DNA from: Lama guanicoe | Taxonomy: Eukaryota | Direction of reading: 5' to 3' | DNA length: 64,000 nucleotides | NCBI GenBank assembly: GCA_013239625.1 | Contig: MU054120.1 | Coordinates: 62,001 to 126,000, forward strand | Shown: positions 52,431 to 64,000 of the stretch, in pieces | Position numbering within the stretch: the stretch's first letter is position 1 | Layout: each line of letters begins with the position of its first letter | Position numbers and translations under genes: made by a program | Notes under the pieces: model-generated | What the model saw: the letters and a program-made list of their open reading frames with translations, nothing else | Databases searched by the model: none | What the model was told of the DNA's origin: nothing

Positions 52431-53335
52431 GCAAATCCTTCAGTTGACCTACAGTTAATCTTTTAGTTTTTCTTTTATACAATTGCTCAGAAAATAAATC
52501 GGTCCATCTGAATTGCTGGAATGAGAGGAAAGGTTTAAAAAAATCAGAAGCAAAACAAGCAAAAAAGTGTCAAAGCCATGTTTGGGGAATATCAGAAATG
52601 ATGCAGGTAAATAATTAAAACAGTTTAAGTGGCCTTTTTTTTCCCACACAAAAAAAATTTCAGGACCACATGGTATAAAAGTATCACATATAGAAACTAA
52701 TTAAAACCCTGTCAAAGGAAGCTTGTCATCTCTTAACACTCCCGTAAGTGAACGAGAAAATGGGACAAGATTGCTACAGAAATGGGCAAAATAATTTACT
52801 TTGAAATTTGTCATTATTTAAGAGAAACACATCTCAGGAACCGAAGTTGCTTATCCTGGGGATGCTACTGTTGTTTTGAGCAGGAGTGAATTCAAATGTG
52901 GATTTCGATCTAAAACAGAATAGTTTTAAATGATAGAAGAATCTAAATGTGCTGTTACGTGGCGCCTGAAGTCCATGTCAGCAAATCATTGCATTAATGT
53001 AAAACAAAACAAAAGAAAACACGCAAACAAATAAAAATCCGAGGAACCTCATTCCAGAGGTGTATGTGAAAAAGGTGAAGTGGCTCTGAACTGAGAGGGG
53101 TCACCCAAGTTCAATTATTAGCTCACTGAGCTTTGGTTACGTGGTCAGTCAGGAATTTCATGATCACTACCCCATTCGTGACCCTCAAAAGATTATTAAA
53201 ATTGTACATTCCACTCCATTTTCATATTCCCCTGGGGATTGTGGTACACTTAGTTAAATGTGTTTTGTTGAACTGACTTTATGTTTATCAAAGTGCAAAT
53301 GCCCTATTACCCAGCCTGCCCCTATCCCACAACCC

Positions 53336-53368
53336 NNNNNNNNNNNNNNNNNNNNNNNNNNNNNNNNN
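53336..53368. other. Assembly gap (33 N) next to a C-homopolymer
   Basis: N run followed by 13 C. Confidence 0.98.
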
Positions 53369-53534
53369 CCCCCCCCCCCCCAAATATACATGTACTCTCT
53401 CTTCCTCCTTTGTTTTCTTAAATTTAAATGTCTCCCATGGATTCTTAAAGACAAAGCTATGAATAGGCATTCTCACCTTTCTACCTGGGTATTCTCTAAT
53501 TAGAGTCAAAATGAGAAAGAATGTTATTAGACCC

Positions 53535-53750
53535 TCAGTAGGTGCTTTATATGTATGATCACGTGTTATCCTAAGACTGACCATGCGAGGTGTGGAATGT
53601 TATTACCCTAATTTAGCAGATAAGAACAATGATGATGGGGAGAATACCTGACTTGCCAGAAGTCACACAGCCAGGAAGTGACACAGCTGGTGCTGAAACC
53701 CTATGTGTTTCTCGAATGCCTGCAGAAATAAACGTTATGCTATAGTGTCT
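53535..53750 (-). mobile_element. MIR SINE
   Basis: CCCTAATTTAGCAGATAAGAAC...TGACTTGCCAGAAGTCACACAGCCAGGAAGTGAC. Confidence 0.6.
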
Positions 53751-56619
53751 AATTTTAAAAGAAACGACGTGATATAAACTGGAAGGTCCTCATTTGGGAA
53801 GAGTTTACCTTAAGATCAACAATCCTCGCCCAGAACATGGAGCTGTATTTGCTTTCAGAGATGAATCTCTTGGTCCTAAAATGGTCCTGAAATATTTCTT
53901 ATGGAAAAATTTGCAAAAAATAAATGAAAAGAACATGTGACTAATAAAAGGATCTGAGAAGGGAAATCGGCTGCTGTTAATCAGTTGGAATGTTAAAAGG
54001 GACTGAGTAGAAATCACATCATTGCTTTTTTAACACACACAAAAAAGAAATCTTTGGGGTCATAAAAATAGGACAGTTAAATATCCTCATACACGTATAT
54101 ACACTCTGCCACATTGCAAGACTCCCCACAAAAAATGATTTTTACACAGTCATTTGGTAAGCTGTTCATTTGGGGATTATTCTAAGAAAATAATTATGTT
54201 TCCTTTTTTTCCCCAGACATAAATCCACAAAGATTATTAAAGGCCTTTTAATCTTGCTTAATCTGGTTATAGCATTACTCAACACTGTGCGAGTTTTTAT
54301 AAATTTCTAAGGTGAAAGTATATGCAATTCTTTTTTTCCTTCCTTAAGTCTACACTCATGTCTCCTCTAAGTGAACACAAGCTGAAAAATGACACAGTGT
54401 AAGACGCTTGGATGCCATTGTATGCTTTTATGCGGCACCTAGGAGAGTTGCTACCTGCAGCCATGAGCTCAGTATATAGCTATCAAGAATCAGAGGTGAC
54501 CTTTTGGTCCAGATGTCCAGCACTGGTAAGATCAGGGTATTAAGTCTGAGACTTGCCTTGCTTTACATCTCTTGTAGTGTTTACCATAGTGCTCTGCTCA
54601 TTCAGTAAATATTTATTGATTTAATGAATAAAGCAATATATTCTGTAGGAGAGCTGAAAGCTTTGCAAACAGCAACAGCTTTTTTTTTCCCTCTCTCTCT
54701 CAATGAGAACATGCTGGAATCAGGGAGTTCTCTCTCCGTTAAAGAAAAGGACTAACCAAAGGTAACAAGGATGCAACCCAGCCTTTGGACTCTGAGAGGA
54801 CTATTGTTAGCACCTTCTGATTGTAAAAGGAACTGTAAAACACATTAAGTTGCCTCTTAACCTCTTATCCAGACTAAATAATCTTCCTTGTCAGTGGATA
54901 TCTGGCTCTTTCCACCGGCCACTAAGGTTGTGATAATCAGAGTCAAAGGATACTCCGAATCAGATGTACAAGCAAAGTCATCACGTAGAGAAGGCAGTAA
55001 GAAATCGCAAGTCAGGAAAACAGGGGAAGCTGTAAAATCAGTGAAGAAAATAAGCAAAAACTAAGAGGTGAAAACCAAGACTGGGAAATTAGACATGGGT
55101 TTTCATCGTCAAAGTCATTAAACCAGACATCAGAAGAAATGCATCATAATTCAGACTTCTAAGTTAAATGCAACAAAATAAAGGCAAAGGCGAATTACTC
55201 ATTGGAAGGGCAGATTTTAGTGCCTTTGTATCCAGCAGCTGCTGGTGATGCCTCCTCCTCCTACTTGACTCTCACTTGGCATTTAATTTTCTAGTGTTCA
55301 CCTTAACTTCCCGCTCAAACCTTCCCACTGACTTTTTTAAGCTGTCACTTTCAAAATTTTACTGTTTGTTAGTTTTATTCTTCTACCTTCTGTTTTAATA
55401 ATCACTCTCTTAGACAAGATAGCTTTTCACAAAAGAGATGTAAAAATAAATAAATAACTGACTTGACTTTGAATTAAAAATCTCTTTTGAATCACTCTTT
55501 TCAATCTCCATCAAGGAAGTTGTTAAACACTCATCAGTGAGTCCCTATAAGTCCGTATTCACAATTTCTTTAAGTCAGAGATGACTGTCTTGCTCCTGAT
55601 CTCCCTTCTGACTTTTGGAACTGAACATATTAGCTCCAATAAATGAATATGTCATTTTTCTATCTTACTTTTCAAGACCATAGATATGATAGTATCAGAA
55701 TGGAATGCTTTTTTTCATTTTCTACATTATGGTGATAAAGAGGGCGGAAAGGTAAAACTTTCTTTAAATGGAATCCAGTGTCTCATGAGTATTCAGGACT
55801 TAGAGTAGCTGACATTGGCAAGGATTACCGAATGAAATGCACTGATGAGAGGTCTATAATAAAAATGTGGTTTTATCGGAGAAGACAGTCTGCTTGTCTT
55901 GCTTCCTTTATCTGACATCTAATCAAAATGGAACCAGATTATACCAGGAAAAATTGTATTTGTAGCCCTGGACGCCATCCATTTCTACAGGCTGAAAGGC
56001 GATCATGACACCTAGCTGGCTACAGCTTTTTCTTTGCGGAGTAAATTATCCCGCTCATAATGTATCTTCTAGGAAATTAACACCATAAATAATCCTTGGG
56101 TGCTCATTCCACTTTTGTCCATGTAATGATTAAGAATTACAATTTTCCATTGACCTGAAGATTATATAAAGGTGAAAAAAAATAAAACAGCTTCTTTTTG
56201 TTGAGACTTCCACTACACAAAGAGCCAAAGAAATAAACATATTTCCTATATATGTTTAAGGTTATGCTCTATTTTCCAGAAGCAACGCTAGTATAAAAAG
56301 CCAATGTAATGTACGGAAACCTTGTTACTGCCAACGATAATGGAAATCATGGAACTAGTACTTTACACTTTGATATTTCCAAGTTTGCAGAAATTTTCCC
56401 ATGCCTCAATTGGATCTCACAAAAACTTCACGATACAGGCTGCATTTTGAAGGAAGAAAAACTCTTAAAGCTTATTGAATGCTTACACTATGTTGGTATA
56501 TTTTGGGTAATTCAAGTATAGGTGCTTCAAGTATATTACCTTTAATCCAGCAGGGTCATTTTATAGATTCAGAAAATGAGGCTCAAAAGATTAATTTTTC
56601 TTTGCGTACATAGAAAGTA

Positions 56620-57570
56620 AGTGAAATACATTCATGCATACATCCAGCTCTGTACTCACAATTCCACTTGTATATGTTTGCATTATCCCCAATTTTACAT
56701 CTCCAAAATTGAATTCTGTATTATCACTATCAAATCTGCTTCTCTCACTCTTCCCCTTCTCAGTAAATGGCAACACCACCATCCCACTTGCTCAAGGAAA
56801 AATTATTGGAATCATAAATATTTTCTTTTATTTTCCCGCATTCCACATCGAATTCATCAGCAAATACTATTAGTTCCACCTTATTTATCCTGAACAAACC
56901 ATTTCTCTTCAATTCTACTTTGATCACTTTGCTCTAACCACTGTCATCACTCACCAGGACCATTTAAAATTGTCTCCCAAGTGGCCTCTCTAATTCCATA
57001 CTTACTCTCTCCAGTAAAGCCTACTCTTTATGAAGCAGCCAAAGTGTTCTGAGAAAGTAAATCATATTATGTCCCGTCAGTGCTCACTACCCTGCGGTAG
57101 CTCACGTTTTCACTCAAAGTGCTAACCATGGTTTTAAAGGTTCTACAGACCTGGCACTTGCTTCCCTCTTTTCACCAGCCCCACCCATGTGCCCTGGCGG
57201 TCCTCATCCATCAAGCCAAGCACACGCCGCCTCCGGCCACTGGAAAAGCCTTCTTTCTGGACAGCTCTTCTCTCAGCTGTCCACCACAGCACCACATTTC
57301 ATCCAGGTCTCTGATCAAATGTAGTCTTATCAAACAGACTTCATCTAATCTATTTTTTAAACCAGTTACTCTCTCCTTCTTAACTTTAATTTTCTTCTTA
57401 GCACATTACTGATATGAATGTATTTATTTTGTTTTATCATCAATTTCATATTACTAGCCTTGCCTCTCCAAGACAATGTTGACTTTATTTTGGCTTGTTG
57501 CTGTATCTCTACTGCAGAAACCAATGTCTAGAACATAGTAGACACTCCAGGAGTATTTGAAATATTCACA
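56620..57570 (+). mobile_element. L2 3' portion
   Basis: CTTCTCAGTAAATGGCAACACCACCATCC, CATCAGCAAATACT, GCAGCCAAAGTG, CTAGAACATAGTAGACACTC...TATTTG. Confidence 0.75.
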
Positions 57571-58149
57571 TATTCAACAAATATTTATTAAGTCTCAAAA
57601 AATGTGCCAGACACAATCTTATAAAAGATTTAAATCTCGCACAAAAAAATAAAGATTGATCTTGTGCTTATAAGAGCACAGGGTGATACAATCAAGGCTC
57701 ACATAGTGGGTATGGAAGCAGGCAACAGGTGGGCATGGACTGACTATAGATATGTCGTAGTTAGGCATAAAGGGAGATGGCAAGGTAACAGAATTCTAAG
57801 ACACGGAATAGCAAGTGTAAAAACTGCCAAGTATGGTGAAAGCCAGCAAAGCTCATTTGAAAAAGTTAAAGAATTTTCAAGTGGAACAATTAAGCACATT
57901 AAACCAAAAGGAGAGTAATGGAAAATGAAGCTGGAGAAGACATGCTTCATGCATTAATCTTTGTTCTAAACACAATGGGATCTATATAGATGAGAGACTT
58001 TCAAAGGTAAATCTGAAGATTGGATTAAAATATGAAGTATAGATGTGAACGTATAATTTAGGAAGCTACAGCAATAACACAGTGTGGTAGCAATGACCAT
58101 GGGAAAACCAGTGGGTCCTAAAGAAATACTCTTCATTAAAATGACTACT

Positions 58150-59690
58150 TTTATTTGAGATAATAAAGAATGTTCTGTAGATGGATAGCAGTGATGGCTT
58201 CACAGCAGTGTGAAAATTATTTTTTTCCCTAACTTTTTATTGAGCTATAGTCATTTTACAATGTTGTGTCAAATTCCAGTGCAGAGTACAATTTTTCAGT
58301 TATACATGAACATACATATATTCACTGTCACATTTTCTTTCTCTGTGAGCTACCACAAGATCTGGTATATATTTCCCTGTGCTATACAGCATAATCTTGT
58401 TTATCTATTCTGTATATACCTGTCAGTATCTACAAATTTTGAACTCCCAGTCTGACCCTTCCCACCCCCTGCCCCCTTGGCAAACACAAGTTTGTATTCT
58501 ATGTCTATGAGTCTGTTTCTGTTTTGTATTTATGTTCATTTTTTTTGTCTTTAGATTCCACATATGAGTGATCTTATATGGCATTTTTCTTTGTCTTTCT
58601 GGCTTACTTCACTTAGAATGACATTCTCCAGGGACATCTATGTTGCTGCAAATAGTGTTATGTTGTCATTTTTATGGCTGAATAGTATTCCATTGTATAA
58701 ATATACCACCTCTTCTTTATCCAGTTATCCACTGATGGACATTTAGGCTGTTTCCGTGTCTTGGCTATTGTAAATAGTGCTGCTTTGAACATTGGGGTGC
58801 AGGTGTCTTTTTGAAATAGGGTTCCTTCTGGATACATGCCCAGGAGCGGGATTCCTGGGCCATATGTTAAGTCTATTCCTAGTCTTTTGAGGAATCTCCA
58901 TCCTGTTTTCCACAGTGGCTGTACCAAACTGCATTCCCACCAGCATTGTAGGAGGGTTCCCTTTTCTCCACAGCCTCTCCAGCATTTGTCATCTGTGGAC
59001 GTTTTAATGATGGCCATTCTGACTGGTGTGGGGTGCTACCTCATTATAGTTTTGATTTGCATTTCTCTGATAATTAGTGACACTGAGCATTTTTTCATGT
59101 GCCTGTTGACCATTTGTATGTCTTCCTTGGAGAATTGCTTGTTTAGGTCTTTTGCCTATTTTTGGATTGGGTTGTTTGGTGTTTTCTTATAAAGTTGTAT
59201 GTGCTGCTTATATATTCTAGAGATCAAGCCTTTGTCGGTTTCATCGTTTGCAAAAATTTTCTCCTATTCCATAGGTTGTCATTTTGTTTTATTTATGATT
59301 TCCTTTGCTGTGCAGAAGCTTGTAAGTTTAATTTGGTCCCATTTGTTTATTTTTGCTTTTATTTCTATTGCTTGTGTAGACTGCCCTAGGAGAACATTTT
59401 TGAGATGTATATGTCAGATAATGTTTTGCCTATATTTTCTTCTAGAAGGTTTATTATATCTTGTCTTATGTTTAAGCCTTTGATCCATTTAGAGTTTATT
59501 TTTGTGTATGGTGTAAGGGAGTGTTCTAGCTTGATTGATTTACATGCTGCTGTTCAGTTTTCCCAACACCATTTGCTGAAGAGACAGCAGTGTGAAAATT
59601 CTTAATGCCACTCAACTGTACACTTAAAAACTGTTGAAGTGGTAACGTTTTAGGCTATCTATAGTTTTATTACAATAAATTTTTTTTAAA
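58150..59690 (+). mobile_element. Short old L1MB/ME 3' end, split by the young L1 at 58219-59583
   Basis: AATGTTCTGTAGATGGATAGCAGTGATGGCTTCACAGCAGTGTGAA continues after the insert as CTTAATGCCACTCAACTGTACACTTAAAA. Confidence 0.75.
58219..59583 (-). mobile_element. Young camelid L1, 5'-truncated (about 1.36 kb), perfect 17-bp TSD
   Basis: ORF2 C-terminus [26 protein letters not shown]; same 3' UTR as 43.4-43.7 kb; ACAGCAGTGTGAAAATT at 58202-58218 and 59584-59600. Confidence 0.95.
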
Positions 59691-59779
59691 GAAACTAAAA
59701 TAGAGGACAAAGGAAAAACAATAAAATACTGAAAATATCTTTTTAAAAACCAGTTTTTAGGGTTTTTTTTATTACAAGT

Positions 59780-60580
59780 GGGGAGTAAGAGGCTGTGTAA
59801 AGTGCGATTCATAGAATTCTAGTTTAAACAGTTAGATAGGGCTGATTTTGAGATGATGTTGATATGTAAGTGGAAATGTCACATAAGTAGGCAGATACAG
59901 AAATCTGAAGCCCAAAGGAGAGGTCTGTGCTGAAAATCACAATATGGGAGTTTTTGACATAGAGACAGTAATTAAAGCTTTGGAGGAAATGAAATTGTTG
60001 CGGAAGAGTGTGTAGGAACTAGAAAAGCAGACTCAAAGAGAATCAAACAGGAGATTAAATAAGAAGAAATAGAAACCGGGAGGATCGCTAATAGAAGTGT
60101 AGTGTTTCAAGGAGGAAGAAGTTTGGTAAAATTATGCTTAGAGGCTAAAGAAGATAATATCTAAGAAATATCTTTTTATTCACTGACAGAGAAAATTGGC
60201 GATTTTAATAAAAGCACTTCGAGTGGAGTGGTAAGGGTCTAAAATGGAATACAGTGGAAAGTGAGTAGGAAGTGAAAAAACAGGGGAAAAGCATTTTAGA
60301 ATACACCCCTTAAGAAGTTCTTATGAAAGGGAACAAGAAGTAGGCAGCACCTGGATGACTGCAGGGAGTCCAAGGGGCGCCTATTCTTTTAGGATGGGAG
60401 CGATTTAAGCATGTATAAATGTCATACAAAGGTACCTGTAGAAAGTCAAAGTTTCAGCTAAAAAAAGAGTGCTCTGGATTGATACTAAAGATGTTTAAAA
60501 AGAGAATTAGATCCAGGTCGCAGCTAACCTAGGTAGGACCCCCTACTTCCTTATAATGGGAGGAAAGGATGTTCTCTTAG
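59780..60580 (-). mobile_element. L2 fragment (reverse), probably continuing 57570-58110
   Basis: TTTGAGATG...GTGGAAATGTCACATAAGTAGGCAGATACAGAAATCTGAAGCCCAAAGGAGAGGTCTGTGCTG. Confidence 0.65.
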
Positions 60581-61489
60581 AACTGAAATCAAGTGGGTTT
60601 TGGTTTGTTTCTCAGAAACTCATAGTTACTCTTATAGAGTAATAGCATCTTCTGTAAGAAAAATGTTCTGTGATACTCACAATAATTTTTTTAAAAATAC
60701 TTAGAATTTTACTAAAATATTTTATTTGGATATTACTGAGGTGGCTTCTGTTTAACTCACCTTTCAGATGACTGCTTTTTACTTCCAGACACACAGGGCA
60801 GTTACCTGTTCTCTGAACAGGGCATCTACCCTTGTGTACTAGTGTCTATTTCCTTTGCCAAAACAAATCTTGATTTCCTTTGTGCCAGGCTGAGAACTTT
60901 TTGCTAGGGATGCAAAAAAGGAAGAAAATACAGTCTTGCAGAGATTCCAAAAGAGACGGAAACACAATAGATGATTATAACCCAGTGTGTAATATGCTGG
61001 AATGAGGGAAGTCTTTTCACCATAAGATTACCTATTATTATGAACCTGAGCTCCTAAAGTATAGAACATGTCTCATTTATCTTTGCAACCTCTTTAGCAC
61101 AGTAACTATTACATATATCCAAAGAATTCAAAAATAGTTACTGAACTATTGAATAATGGAAAACAGTGGTACAAGCTCTCTATTTATGAACAATGTCATT
61201 CATGCAATGAAAGAGTGTTAAGGTTTTTTGTCACAATTCTATTTCAATTTTTTAAAATTATCAATCATTCCTAGGTAAGGACTACTCTGAAGAGTAAATG
61301 TGCTAAGAAGGCAATTAATTGGAATGCTCCAGATCTCCGTGGCCCTTGTATCTTTACCAAAGACTATACCTTTGATTTTCATCCCTAATATGTGGTTCCT
61401 ATATACATTATGCTACTCCTTGCTTCTCTAAAATATAAATACATTTTAAAAGCTAACAATAGAGATCAGAGTATTTTTAAATATGCAGT

Positions 61490-61572
61490 GTACTTAGTGT
61501 ACACCTAATGTATACACTGTGTACTTAGTATATATCTAACATTCAAAAGGTACTTAGTGTATACCTGATATT
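61490..61572. repeat. Three-copy imperfect minisatellite, core GTACTTAGTRTAYAYCTRAY, period 29-31 bp
   Basis: Units start at 61490, 61521 and 61550. Confidence 0.8.
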
Positions 61573-62214
61573 AATTTTGAAATACTAATGTTCTGTGGTT
61601 GTGTACTCGGCAGCTTATAAGTTCAGAAATAACTTGATGAAAATTTAACTTGTTGAAGTTCATCTGCAGCTCAGATTTATATATCATTTAGAGACTGAAA
61701 AGAGAAAGTGCCTTCTATAAAGTTCCTATATTTACATGACCAGTTCAAAGTCTTTAGAGAAATAGACTCAACCATTGTTTTTACTCTAAAGGATTGAGGA
61801 CATTGGATGGATGATAATATTGATTCACTTGAGTTCTGTTTGTTCTTCTGATTTCAAGGTGGAAGCTCCTAGAGATGTGGAGTGTTCTCTGTGTTGAGTC
61901 AAGCAAGATAGACAGGGTAGAAGATGCTATATATAATGAATGAAATGCATGATAAAAATATGGTTGAACATAATCTGCAGAGATATAATTAAAAATTCAT
62001 GTGGACTTTCATCCCTGTACAGTTGACCTATCCATTTCTTTCTTTTCTGAAACAGGGGCCTAACACAACATCTCTGCTGGTGATTTTCACATTTAAGCAC
62101 AAAGTATAGAGAATCTCTGACTCTAAAATTATCTTCTTAGTTATTTTAATTAAATTAACATTTCTTTTGGCCTTGTATTTTAGACACTGAGAAACAAGAT
62201 AGCATAATGGTCGA

Positions 62215-62440
62215 AGGGAAATTTGAGAAACCAATCGCTTGGGTTCAAAGTCCAGCTCTGCCACTTATTTTATGACTTTCAACAAGTTTTTCAAACTCCC
62301 TGTTATTTGGCTTCCTGATCTGTAAAATAGGGATAATAATTTTCTATCACGGGGTAATTAGAAGAATTAACAAGTTAGAAGAGTTAAACACAAGAAAAGT
62401 GTCAGATACACAGCAAACAGCATGCGTGAGGCATATTTTC
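62215..62440 (+). mobile_element. MIR SINE
   Basis: TGGGTTCAAAGTCCAGCTCTGCCACTTA...TTCCTGATCTGTAAAATAGGGATAATAA. Confidence 0.75.
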
Positions 62441-63104
62441 ACTGGCCTTTGAACATCTGGTTTTGGACTATTCTAAGCACTTTACCTAAATTTTTCTGGT
62501 TTGATAATAGCAATTCTACTATATGGTAACAGGAAATCAACACTAGACTTAACTTACAAATATGAACTAAGCACTTACAAAAATAAAATTGATGAAAATG
62601 TTCTAGTAAACTTTTGCCTAACAATTGATGTAGCAATATTCTCTTGGGCACACCTGCCACTGTAATATGTTTAGAGAATAAAACTATATAAGATCTTTGA
62701 ATTGCAATTTCCACTATTTCAAATTGCAAATTACTTCATCTCTGACACTTGTCACATTCTATGTGTTATGTCTTATTAGGCCATTATCATAGACTGCCAA
62801 GTAGGAAGGAAAAACGTTCAATTATTTTTTCTCAGAAGGATTATAGGAAAGGAAATCTTCACCATTTGTAGAGCAACTAATGTATCTCACTAGCATGCAA
62901 GGAGGGCAAGGGGTTCTAATGAACTCTGGCTGTTCAATCTATGTTATTAGAAATGTATCTTGGAAAAAACTCAAATCATAGGAATTTAAAGAATTTTTTA
63001 AAAGCTTAGTCAAACTGTTACAAATTTGATGGTAGATTTTTCTCTCATTGTGATGTCAGGAATTACCATAATATTTTACGATTGTTTTTCCAAATTAACA
63101 CTGG

Positions 63105-63335
63105 TCTAGGCACAGTGCTAACCACTTTACATTAATTGTCTTTTTTAATCCTCGTATAACAATATTATATGCTACTATTGTTAACCCTCACTAAATTAAT
63201 GAAGCACCCAAAGCTCAGAGAGGCTGAGATTTGGCCAAGATTACCCAGCTAATAAGTAGCTAGTAAGCAAACAAAGTTAGTCTCAGTAGTCTGTCTCTAG
63301 CGTCTATATTCTTAAACTTTTTGTGATACTGCCTT
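63105..63335 (-). mobile_element. MIR SINE
   Basis: CTAGGCACAGTGCTAACCACTTTACAT...AGCTCAGAGAGGCTGAG...CCAAGATTACCCAGCTAATAAGT. Confidence 0.7.
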
Positions 63336-63844
63336 TTTAAGTATTTATTAACAATAGTCAAATATCAATTTTTTTCTTTAATATAAAATTATTTTTATTC
63401 CAATGTTCTGAAAAGTCTTGATTTGAGTACAGAGATTTTACATTCTTCCGAGTATGGGGTCTGATACCAGATCCTGAAAAAGAACTTTAATTTAATTCAC
63501 AGAACAACTACATTTGACATCTAATTACCTGTTTAGAATCTACTTATTCAGAATTGAAAAAGATTTATTGTTTATTTGTTCATTTTACTTTGCCCAGCTG
63601 TTCCATAGAAGGAGCAATAATAAATAAACATTATTTCAAATAATATTATAAGCAATAGGAAAATTTGACCCATTATTGACAAATGAACTTCCTATTTAAT
63701 AAATAACTTCCTGTTGAAGAGTTAGTGATACTTGTCTCTCCAGCATTTTGGAATATTTGTTTGTTTGTTTAATTTTGATGTCTTGTGTATAACAGAGGCA
63801 TTAAATAATTCTGACATGGCTTAATTTATGTTCTGTCACATAAT

Positions 63845-64000
63845 AGGACTGCGTCACCTTTGCCAAGTTCTGTCTTGCTAAGCCTCAGTTTCCTCTTCTA
63901 TAAAAGGCGAGAAATAAAACTTACCTCATGGGATTACTGTGAGGTATAAATAATATGATGAGCGTAAAGTAATCTTTATTGTTCTAGGCATAAAATTGCT
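63845..64000 (+). mobile_element. MIR SINE (runs to window end)
   Basis: CTAAGCCTCAGTTTCCTCTTCTATAAAA...CTTACCTCATGGGATTACTGTGAGG. Confidence 0.75.

Noticed and set aside
60366..60382. CTCF-like GTCCAAGGGGCGCC
   Set aside because: It lacks the near-invariant AG spacing and the 5' CC of the core, so it is a weak match
61490..61572. CRISPR-like array
   Set aside because: Mammalian DNA, only three degenerate units, spacers of about 10 bp and no cas genes
63919..63930. Minus-strand consensus donor GAG|GTAAGT
   Set aside because: It falls within MIR core sequence and has no supporting acceptor
1..64000. Novel multi-gene system (defence island, operon or intact ERV)
   Set aside because: There are no long or clustered non-repeat ORFs, and all protein-like signal is explained by decayed L1 or ERVL sequence

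Overview
This is AT-rich, CpG-poor mammalian DNA, almost certainly camelid (alpaca, llama or camel). The species call rests on a Vic-1-type tRNA-derived SINE and two young L1s with the camelid-type 3' UTR. It looks intronic or intergenic, and I cannot support any host protein-coding exon. The only protein-like ORFs are degraded LINE-1 ORF2 fragments. Much of the window is layered retroelement and DNA-transposon fossil: L1 of several ages, L2, L3/CR1, MIR, MaLR/ERVL/ERV1 LTRs and hAT-Charlie. The best structural observations are a near-complete LTR-int-LTR MaLR provirus with nested insertions in both LTRs (18.6-21.8 kb), two twin-primed 5'-inverted L1s, and several readable target-site duplications. 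More speculative observations are a CpG-retaining ERVL LTR with a CTCF-like motif across its junction, a CCAAT/CpG promoter-like patch at 52.2-52.4 kb, and candidate short exons. I found no novel multi-gene biological system. Repeat subfamily names come from recalled consensus similarity and need RepeatMasker/Dfam confirmation. Boundaries without TSDs are approximate.
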